Virus record (IMG/VR): IMGVR_UViG_3300005613_000021
Location: 32,537 to 96,536 of that record
DNA length: 64,000 nt
Source of the DNA: a virus
Strand: one strand, 5' to 3'
Under the pieces are notes generated by a model, which saw only the letters and a program-made list of their open reading frames with translations, was not told where the DNA came from and did not search any database. The stretch's first letter is position 1. Each line of letters starts with the position of its first letter. Both the position numbers and the translations under genes were made by a program. Below, piece after piece: positions 1-10,700 of this stretch.

Positions 1-492
1 TCTGATTTAAGGGCTATATGCACAGGAGACTTATGGAGAAGATATTTGTGTAGTAAAGATATTTTTGGTCCATCTATACATCTTAACGATGACCAAATAA
101 ACCTACTATCTCTGCAAAAAATGTATGATAATGTTAGAGGTCATCCAGACTGTCCAGAAGAAGATGTCATTATGGATTCTGATGCTTTAGACGGATGGTT
201 TTTAAATCAAAAAGATAAAGTTAAAGAAAGAAAGAAAAAAAACGAAGCTTTAAGCAAGGTTCGGGGTAAAGTAGGTAGTCATGATTTTATATACATTATG
301 ACTAATGGAGATAAGGAACAGATACAGGCTGTGGAAAGTATGAATGATTTGAGAGGAAAATCTCTTGTTAAATCAGTAAAAGAAACTGCTAAATCGGATA
401 AAAAAACCAATTGGCGAGATGTTCCATACATTAAGCAAGAATTAAAATCTCAAGCATTCAAGAATCAAAAACAAGGAGTACCTAACCAATGA
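1..492 (+). CDS. Hypothetical phage protein, 5'-truncated at the window edge
   Basis: Frame +1 is open from base 1 (SDLRAICTGDLWRRYL...) through the track's TTG start at 46 to the stop at 492; ATGA overlap with the next gene. Confidence 0.7.
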   Translation, partial: SDLRAICTGDLWRRYLCSKDIFGPSIHLNDDQINLLSLQKMYDNVRGHPDCPEEDVIMDSDALDGWFLNQKDKVKERKKKNEALSKVRGKVGSHDFIYIMTNGDKEQIQAVESMNDLRGKSLVKSVKETAKSDKKTNWRDVPYIKQELKSQAFKNQKQGVPNQ

Positions 493-812
493 AACAGGAA
501 AGAGTTGTAGAATTAATAAAAGCTATAGAAAAAAGATTTCAAACAACAATGATAGGTTCTTTAGCCAGGATAGAAGATCATTTCGGTTTTATTTGGGGAC
601 ATGATAAAGAAATGATATCTATAGAACAATCAGACAATAGAAATGTATGGCAAGATTTAAGAGAAGATATTTTAGATCACTGTAACTATCAAATGCGATC
701 AACATTGACAGATTTAAGAAAATTTCTACAAGAAGAAAATAAAGATCAAGTTAAACTGACCAAATCTTGTAAAATTGACACACAGTTAAGCAATAGTAAC
801 CAAGGAGAATAA
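489..812 (+). CDS. Hypothetical protein (tail-module region)
   Basis: 107-aa ORF with AGGAG RBS, coupled to the upstream gene. Confidence 0.75.
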   Translation: MKQERVVELIKAIEKRFQTTMIGSLARIEDHFGFIWGHDKEMISIEQSDNRNVWQDLREDILDHCNYQMRSTLTDLRKFLQEENKDQVKLTKSCKIDTQLSNSNQGE

Positions 813-814
813 TA

Positions 815-1678
815 ATGAGTGAAGATTCTTTTGTAATGGAAATTAATGACAAGAAGGTTGAATTTTTAGTAAAGTCACCATCTTTTAAAGACCAAAGAGA
901 GGCACAGAAAGTTTATAATCAAGCATTCTCAGACGCCGTAAAATCTGGATGTATTGTTCGAGGAAGACTTGAAGATCTCTTAAAAGAGCAAGGTTTGTGG
1001 GACGATAAGAAGGAAATGAGACTTAATACTATTCAGCATGAATTATTAGGCCATGAACAAACTTTGTCTAAAGGCGGTATCAGCTTACAAAGAGCAAGAG
1101 GAATTGCTCTAGAAATGAGAAAATTACGAGATGATTTAAGAGAGCTAATTAGTTCTAGAACTAATTTAGATAATAATACTGCAGAAGGACAAGCTGATAA
1201 TGCTAGATTTAATTACTTAGTATCTGTGTGTTTGGTGTATTCAGAGAATAAGAAACCTTATTTTGTTAGTTATGAAGAATACTTAAATAAATCAGCAGAT
1301 CCTGTTGCTATTAAAGCAGCACAAATTTTGGCATCTAGATTATATGGACTAGATGATAGTTATGAGAAAAATTTACCAGAAAATAAATTTCTTACAGAAT
1401 ATAAATTTGTTGATGAAAATTTAAGATTTATTAATAAGCAGGGTAGACTAACAGATTCGGAAGGTAGGCTTGTTGATGAAAATGGTAGATATATCAACGA
1501 AGATGGTGAATTTGTTGATAAAGACGGCAAAAGGGTAGATAGGTCTGGAGAATATGTCGTTGAATTTAAACCATTCTTGGATGAGGATGGAAAACCTGTA
1601 AAGCTGGAAACAAAGAAAGTTGAAAATGAACAATCTGAAAAACCTAAAAAACAGGAGATACAAGATACAGCAGAATAG
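815..1678 (+). CDS. Possible tail assembly chaperone with 7-residue (D/N)xxG repeats
   Basis: 287-aa charged ORF immediately upstream of the TMP; AGGAG RBS; function inferred from position only. Confidence 0.45.
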   Translation: MSEDSFVMEINDKKVEFLVKSPSFKDQREAQKVYNQAFSDAVKSGCIVRGRLEDLLKEQGLWDDKKEMRLNTIQHELLGHEQTLSKGGISLQRARGIALEMRKLRDDLRELISSRTNLDNNTAEGQADNARFNYLVSVCLVYSENKKPYFVSYEEYLNKSADPVAIKAAQILASRLYGLDDSYEKNLPENKFLTEYKFVDENLRFINKQGRLTDSEGRLVDENGRYINEDGEFVDKDGKRVDRSGEYVVEFKPFLDEDGKPVKLETKKVENEQSEKPKKQEIQDTAE

Positions 1679-1708
1679 TATTGGTTTTGGAACCATGGTA
1701 TTTTCGAA

Positions 1709-1750
1709 AAGAGACACTATATTCTTTACAGGGTATAGTGTCTTTTCTTA
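1709..1750 (+). terminator. Hairpin followed by U-rich tract upstream of the TMP RBS (terminator/attenuator-like)
   Basis: agacactata (1712-1721) pairs with tatagtgtct (1734-1743), extendable with G-U pairs; followed by tttcttatt, then AGGAG at 1753-1757. Confidence 0.5.
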
Positions 1751-1767
1751 TTAGGAGATAAAACAAT

Positions 1768-4700
1768 ATGGCACAAGGCTATAATCTAACAGTACAATTG
1801 AATATTCAAGGTCCTAAAAACCTAAATAGCGTTGTTAATAACATTAACCAGAAACTACAAAATATACAAGCTACTGTTAATGTTAAAACTTCCCCTCAAA
1901 CAACGCAAGCCTTGAAAAACATAGCCAATGCTTCTAAAGGAGTTAAAAATAATGCCGATGATGCTGCTAATAGTATGGAAAAATTTGGCAAATCTGCTGG
2001 CCTCGCGATTAGGCGTTTTGGTGCCTTTACTGCTGCTACCGCTGGCTTCTATGCGGTTACTAGGGCTACGACACAATCGCTAGAAAAATTTATTGAGTAT
2101 GATAGACAACTTACTAGAATTGCTCAGGTGACTGGAACAGCTAAAGAAAGCTTAGGCAATCTCTCTAATACTATTACTCAGCTTTCTACTAGTTTAGGTG
2201 CTAGTAGTTCTGAATTGGCTAGGGTTTCGGTAATTCTTTCACAAGCTGGACTTTCAGCTGAACAAACAAGACAGGCTTTGGAGGCGTTAGCTTTAACTAC
2301 TTTGGCCCCAACTTTTAGCGATATTAATCAAACTGTCGAAGGTAGTATCGCTTTGATGAAACAGTTTGATATTAGCACCAAACAATTAGAAGCTTCTTTA
2401 GGCAGTATCAATGCTGTCGCTGGTCAGTTTGCTGTAGAAGCTGGTGATATTATTACAGCTATTCAGAGAACTGGTGGTGTATTTGCTGCTGCTAGTAATG
2501 GTGTGAGTCAGGGAGTAGATGCTCTTAACGAGTTTATTGCTGTTTTTACTAGCGTCAGAGCTACTACTCGTGAAAGTGCTGAAACAATTGCTACTGGCTT
2601 AAGAACTATTTTTACCCGTATTCAAAGAGAAGATACTCTTGATGCTCTTAAGGCTTTTGGAATAGAACTGACTGATCTAGAAGGAAAATTTGTTGGGCCA
2701 TTTCAAGCTATACAAAGATTATCAGAAGGGTTAAGAAGTTTAGATCCTAGAGATGTAAAGTTTAGTGGTCTAGTAGAAGAACTTGGTGGTTTCAGACAAG
2801 TTGGCAAAGTCATTCCTCTTATTCAACAATTTACCACAGCTCAACAAGCCCTTAATGCTGCACAACAAGGGTCTGGATCTCTGGCTCAAGACGCCGCCAT
2901 AGGTCAACAGTCTTTAGGTGTTCAAATATCTAAAGTACAACAAGAATTTGATGCTCTTATCAGGAGTATTGGTCAAACAGCAGAGTTTAGACAATTTATT
3001 CAACTTAGTCTTGATCTGGCTAGTGCATTAATACAAATAACAGATGCTGTTAAACCATTAATTCCAGCTCTTACTGCTTTAGGTGCGGTTGGACTTGCTA
3101 GAGGTATTCCTTCTATTGCTAGAGGATTCAAGAAGAGTATTGGAGCTACTGGATATAACAATGGAGGTGTTGTTACTGGTAGCTCTTTAAATTTTGCTGG
3201 TTCCTACAATAGTGGCGGTTTAATTGGAGGAAAGCCAGGAATTGATAAAAATATTATTCGTGCTTCTAAGGGTGAATACGTTATTCAAAAACCTGCAGTT
3301 GATGCTTTAGGAACGTCTTTTCTTGATAATTTACAAAAAAACAAACAAGTACCAGGGTATGTAACAGGAGGCTTAGTAGACTATCCCTCATCAAGAAGAT
3401 TTGTAAGAAGTAGTAACTTTACCTATGAGAAACCTCCAGGAGTTAGCATAACAGAATCCTTGCAAAACGAAACCCCATTAGCTTTTCAAAGATTTGATGC
3501 TGTTGATGTTGATATTAAAAATCAGGGATTTAATGGCAAGGCACTAGCTGAAAAAGTATCTAACAAAAATTCTGGTAAAACATATTTGAGAGCATTAGAG
3601 AGTGGGGACTATAGAACCAGAGGTATTGCTTTTGAAAATGTATTATACGACACTAAACAAGTTTCTTATAAGCCAGAAGGACGTAATGCCACCTCAAGAA
3701 TAGACAATATGAGAGGTTCAAATTTTGTAGAAATTAAAAGCGTACAAGAAAGAGTTCCTAATGAGGCAATATTAGATAAAACTATTGGTGCTATTTTTGC
3801 TTCTAGAGGTGGTATAGATGAAATGGTAATGCAAAGAGCTTCTAGGTCTGCAGTTACTAGTAAGAAAGATATTTTAGATGTTGGACAGGTTTCTGTGTTC
3901 TATGACACAACATCATTAAGAGACATTCAAAAAACAAAAAAAAACAAAGAGTTGACCTCATCTTTAAAATCTACAGCTGTTTCTAAAATTGGTAATATTA
4001 AATCTAGAAAATTGCCAAGAGCGTATACCGGAGGTAACCAAAAAGAAGGAGACATTAGAGTTACCAGAGGTGAATATGTAATCAACAAACAGGCTGCAGA
4101 ACAAATAGGAATAAATAGATTAAACGAACTTAACAACGCTCATAGAAACAATATGGCTGAAGACCTACCTAAATTTCATACTGGTGGAGCAATTGGTTCT
4201 ATTCCTGGATATAATACAGGTACTACAGTTGATAATGTTAGTCGGGATAGAGGTATCGGCAGTACTATCGGCCTAGTGTTTGCGTTACAAGGTGCTGCTA
4301 GTCTATTCTCCACAAGTATAGAAGAGGCAGCTTCTCAAGGGGCCGCAGAAATGGGGGCTGGTATACAGGGTGCTGTTTCTGGTATTAATCTTGGTATTGT
4401 TGGTGGAGAAATTGCAGGCTTTATTCCAGGCTTGTCCAAATTTTCTGGAGGGATAGGATTAGCTACCGCTGCTGTTGCTGGAACAGCTTCGGCATTTATA
4501 CAATCTAAAAATGCTGCTATTGATTTTGCAAATAAATTATCTAAACAGAGAATAGAAGATGCAACACAGAAAGTATCTTCTGCTCTTGACAAGCTAAGTA
4601 AAGAAGCAAATAATTTTAATGCTTTTAGACAAGCTGTTTCTGGAATAAGACAGTCCACTCAAGAAATTAGTTCTGTAAGAAGTAGACAAATTGAAAGTAA

Positions 4701-7700
4701 TAGATTGGGTTTTGCTAATATCCCAGAATACTTATTGGGAACTACAGCCACAGGAGAAAGAACTCAAGAACAAATAGCTGTCGGAACATCCCAAGAGACG
4801 CTCTCTGCACAAAGATCATTAGTATTAGAAATGAGAGGATTTAATGCTTATTTAAGCACTTTGGGAGGATATTTAGGAGATAATCAACAAGCACAAGAAA
4901 ATCTCGCTAATGCAATTAGAGGCATTAATGAAGTAAGAGCACAAGAAAGTGCTAGAGAGTTTGCGGGAGTGGCAGATTCAATTACTCAACTTGTAGAACA
5001 AAGACTAAAAGCAGGTATTGGTATTGATCAGATAATAGACAGTCAACAATTTAAATCTTTCAGCGAGGCTTTGGCAAGAGCAAATCCGCAAGTCGAAAAA
5101 TTTATTTTAAATACACAAGCAAATACATCATTATCAGCAGAAGAAAAAAAACAAAGAATAGATAGAGTAGTAGCTCAAAGAGCAGAAATAGAAATTATAC
5201 AAAGAACTGCAGCTTTTAGACAACAAATAGAGATAGATAATGCCGAAAAAATTGGTAGAAATTTAGAAACTATTTTGAGTAGAGTGTTCAATAGTTTTGA
5301 ACAAATATTTAATCGTACTGCTTTAGATATAGGAAGATCTTTTGATATAATAAATACAGACATTGCTGCGTTGTCTGGTAACGCCTCTATAGGTCTTGGA
5401 CAAGATAGAGGCTCTAATATTCTTTCTAATCCTTCAGCATATAGTAAACGAGAATTCAATTTGGTTGTCAGCGGACTTAAGCCCATACTGGGAGACCAGG
5501 CAGAAACAATAGCTGGCTTGGCTAGGGGTTCTGTTTCATTAGAAGCAGGAATAATATCTGCAATAAATAGAGTTGTAAAAGAAAATCCACAAGCTACTGA
5601 TACTGCTGTTGCAAGATTGGTAGGTCAAGAAATATCAAATCTGGTTACTGAATTAAATCTACCTCCAGATGTAGCAAGGACTTTATCAGATCAAATTAGC
5701 GCAGGTCTACAGAAATTAAGAAGTAAGGGTAAAGACCAAATAGGATTAGATTCCCAAGATGTCAGAGAAAGCGTATCTGGTTTCGCCAGCACAATAGACG
5801 CACTAAAGGGATCACTGAACACACTATTATCTGCACAAAAAATATATCAGTCAGGATTAGAACAATATACCAAGGTATTAAATAATATTACAGGAATTTT
5901 AGCACAAAGAAATCAGTATGTTTCAAAGAGTTTGGAAATTCTTGCTCAGGGAGCCATTAATCTGGACGAAGCTTTTGGTAGGATATATAGTGCTAGAGAT
6001 ATTAGCATACAACAAGAGAAAAGCATAGAAAGACAAACATTTGGTCTGTCAGATCCTGATGAAATTTTTAACAAAATTATAGATTTAAATTCTAGAAGAC
6101 AATTATTACAAACTAATTTACAGTCAGCACAAGATCAGGGGCCAGCTAGTTTTGCTCAGTTTAGAGACCTTAGTGTTGAGTTAGTTAACACCAATGTCGA
6201 ATTAAATAATATGCAGCAGGCTTTACAAACTCTTGCTGACAGTTCTAATGTAGCTCAAGCAGCACTTTCTGAAATATCTAGAGTTCAACAACAAAGACAG
6301 CAGCAAGCTGGATTTTTGGAAAGTTTGGTTTCTTCTACTCCAGAACAGATAACAGCTCTTAATCAGGCATATGCTGACTTACAAAGACTTCTTTCTGGCC
6401 AAAGTAATACTATTTATACAAGCATAGAAGCTCAAAGAACATACGCCCAAACATTGAGACAAACAAGAAGTACATTCCAAGCCCAAGAAGCTGCACAGGG
6501 AGTATTAGCACAAGAAAGAGGCAACGTAACGTCTTTAGTTAAAGAATTAGCTCCATTTCTTGGTTCTTCACAAGAAGCGAATAATTTAAGGGCAGAAGTT
6601 TTAGCAAGGCAAGTCAATCAATTGGGAATGTTAACTCCACAATTTTCTAGAATAATTGAGTCTATTAGAAATCCTGAAGGAGATCCACAGCTACAAGAAG
6701 CTATTAGAGTTTATAGAGAGGCCGTTACTGAGCAGTCTAGGGCAAATCAATTACTTGGGCAGATTCAAGCTATTAATGCTAGGATGGCTGAGCAAAATAG
6801 CGCACAAGCAGTGGTAAATGGTCTTGCTAAAACAGTTCTTACTGTGAACGTTAATAATGCTGGAGACATAGCAGCGGCCATTCAACCTGCTGTATTACCT
6901 CAACCAATAGTTCCTCAAGGAAGAGCTAGTGGCGGTGTTATATACGCAGCTGCTGGACAACAAGTAGAAATGAAGTCCAGAGGGACAGATACAGTACCGG
7001 CGATGTTAACACCTGGAGAATTTGTTGTTAATAGACAGGCAACAGCAAAGAACAGAGGATTATTAGAAAGTATTAATAGCGGCAAAACACAATACTATCA
7101 ATATGGAGGTTTTGTAAGCAATCTGTTTGATGCAAATCAACCCAGAGGAAAAACAGAAAAAGTTCCTGCCCTAGAACAATGGCAACAATTAGCTCAGGGA
7201 GTCAGAACCGCACCTAAACTTTTTACTGCTAGTAGTTTTGTTAATTTTGACAGAGCCCAAAACATTACAGTTGAAGACACTCTTCCTCAAACACAGGGCA
7301 ATTCAACCTTAAATGATATACAAGACTTAAAAACTTTTATATATAAACAATTTAAAAATGATTCAAATATTCTTCCAGGACGCGTTTCTGATATAGTGGT
7401 AGAAAAAGCAGGAAAATTTGATGCTAACTTACCTAGTACTGTCGCTGATTTTGGTACAGCTAGCAAAATTGCAAAAGCAGCCATAGAAATAAATCCAAAT
7501 ATAAAAAGCATAAAGGATTTTCCTGACTTTGGTTTCGGCATAGAAAGAAAAGTAGACACAGCTTCTCCTTTAGTTAGGCAAATATCTCAAAAAACAAATA
7601 TTCCTATACAAAATATTCTTGATTATATTGGGACCAGAAGTACAAGATATCCATATCTTGATAGCTTGATGCTTGGGGCCAGTCCAGAAGATTATATCAA

Positions 7701-10700
7701 TATATATCCACAATCTAAAGGAGCCGCATCAGCAACAGAAGTGAGTGCTATTAGGAGGGGTTTGTATGGTGTTGATACAAGAAACACCAATCTTTCACCA
7801 TCACAAAACTTAAACGAACAGACATATCCAGAATACAATAAAAAATTTAACAGCTTTAGATTGGTGAAACCTAATTTGAATGGTATTGATATAAATTCTT
7901 CTCCACCTACTAATGCGTTTGCAGATTCTTGGAATATTACTGGCAAGAACTATGGTCTATATTCATCTATAGGTCCGATACAAGCGGAACCATTTGGACC
8001 AAAGGTGACCTCTAAACCAAGAGATTTTATTAGACGTGGAAGCATAAGTATTAGCGGTAATGGTTCTAGCGGTGAAGTATTTGAAGGAACAAGAGTGATT
8101 GGAGATGATTTATTAAAAAGAAGTAAAAATATCTACGATAGATATATTGACACCAAAGAAATATTAAAAAATGGAGTCGCAGAAGATCCTGAAGTAGAAT
8201 CATTTATAAAAGAGTTAGAGTCCTTGTATAGTGGAGAAACACCATTTTCACCATTAAATGCTAAATTTTTTAATGATAAAAGAACTCCTATTATGGGTTT
8301 AAGTTCCTCTGTCTATAGAAGTTTTAACAGATTGGCGCAAGAAGACAAATTATCGGCTGCGATTCGTTGGCCTCTTGGTTTGAATGGTAATTTTAAAACA
8401 CTTGGCTTAATAAGAAACGAAGAACAAATAGATCGCTTGAAATCTCAAACAGATTTAATTAAAAAAGAGATAGCCGATGAAGAAAAGTCTAAATTTTCTA
8501 TAGTCAATAAAACTGCTAAAATACCTTTTAAGGCTGTTACCCCAATAGATAAAAGACTGGCTAATTTTCCTGCTTTTACAAATATTGATTTTAGCGTTCC
8601 ATATAAAGAATATTCCGGTAATCTGTATGACGAAATACAAGGTTTATATGACGATAAAAAAAATAAAGCGATAATTCCTAATTATGAAAATTATAGAAGT
8701 TTCTTAAAGGGTGACTCCAATAATGATCTGCTATATGGAAATTTACAGGCTTACTTAGGCAATATATTTAATAACTTAAATAATAATAGATCCGAAATCT
8801 CAGAATATTTATTTTCAGATAATGCCAAGCTAAATACTAAATTGTTTAGGCTTGCCTCTGTAGGATATAAAGGATCATCTAAGCCTAACATTTATTCTTT
8901 TGGTACAAAAGGATTATTTACTAGAGACTTTGCTGCTACAGATAATTTAGCTAGAGACATCGATAAAAAGAAAGACAAATTATTAAAACCAGCACCATTT
9001 GAAAAACCTATAGAACAGAAAGCTGAAGACGAATTTGCGGTAAAACAATATAATGATATGTTTACAGATACTAGGGGTTATTTTGGTAGAGCCCCAAGTT
9101 TCAGGCAATATGTTAGAACTGGTGGAGCAGGTATAGCTAGAGATATCCAAGAAGCAAAAAAATATTCTCAAGGTCTATCTGGACAATTCTTAGTTAGTAC
9201 AAATAATGGCAATCTTGCATTGCCAATTAGAGCTATGTCATCAGGTTTTTCTGAAGCATTTGCTAGTGTTGGAACAGGCAAACTTTCTCCTTGGACTGAT
9301 AGAATTGGAAGAGTAAATACGGCAGCTGCTGCTGCAAGCTTTGGTCAGTCATATTGGCTGCAGAATTTTGCTGGTGCTGAGGGCGTTGACCTAGAACAAC
9401 AATCAGACCCTAATGTTGTGGAAAGAGCACAGAGGGCTATCGAAGGAAATCCTAAAACTCCAACTACTATCAAAGAGTGGTTTGATTTGTATATGGATCC
9501 ATATCTGAAATATAACCAAAGAGGCATTAGAACTAAAGGATTATCTAATATATATCGCAGCATGGTGGATCAGTCATATTATGAAAAGAAGAGGAGAGGA
9601 CCCGTCCCTAGTGCTCAAGAAGCGGCAGCATATTTTACTAATCTTGGATCATGGTATGATGGAATCAGAAGGTGGCCTGGACAAGATGGAATAGTTGAAG
9701 ATCTTGATGGAGAAAAAGATATCAAAGAAAGAGCAAGATATCTTTATAGGAATAGTAAAAACTTTACAGGGGGTCTTTATAATACAGCAAATAGATCACA
9801 TTTAAGTTTGGGTGGAGGTATTTATGGGGGTTTGCCTACATTCAACCAGATATCGCTGATTAATGGAGTTAATCCACGAATAATGCAGCAGGTGATGAAT
9901 GAGGGTGTTGCTGCACAGGCACAGTTACTATCGCGGGGAGGAGAAGTTGACCCACTATATCTTGCAGAAGGTGGGCCGGTATTACTTGATAAGGCATTAA
10001 AACAACAGGCCATATCTCAACAGAAACAAACATATAACCCATTTGCTGGTCCGTCTTCTGAAGACAGATATAGAGAAGAATTACTACTCCAAAGACAAAG
10101 ACGAGAAGAACAAATAGCAGAGTTAAGAGCATCTACTCCATTTACTAAAGCAATACAAAGAGCACCTAAAGATGCATTTGGCAACACAACAATAGCACCA
10201 AATGCTACTATTAATGATAGTATTAGAAATATACCGGGATTTGGTTTAGACATTCTAGGAACGTTTCCAGGAATTGTAGGATCATTGGTTACTGGACCAG
10301 GAGCAGCAGCAGAACAACTTTCTAATGCTGTAACTGGTGGAGATAGTCAGTTTATGTCTGACATGTTTAGATATAATTTAAGCACAGGTACTGCACTAGG
10401 ACCAAGATTAGCATCTGGTATTTATTCTGAAGATATGATGTCAATGCCAGGATCTTATATTGCTGGAGGTAGTCAAGAAGATATAGTATCTCAAATGCAG
10501 CCAGCATCAAGGGTGGCGGCTACCGCTTTAGACTTTGTAAGTCCAGATATTGGGGATATCCCTAGAGGTATTAAAACTGCTAGTGCTTTAGGTTCTCTTT
10601 TAGGTTTTGTAAAGAAAGCGCCGATACCCAAAATTACTATGCCAGACAGACTTGGTGGATATGTTGCTGATTTAGAATCTGTCTTAAAAACCAATAAAGG

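Noticed and set aside
815-1767. Programmed frameshift chaperone pair (lambda G/GT type) before the TMP
   Set aside because: Only 89 nt separate the stop from the TMP start and no convincing second-frame ORF is present
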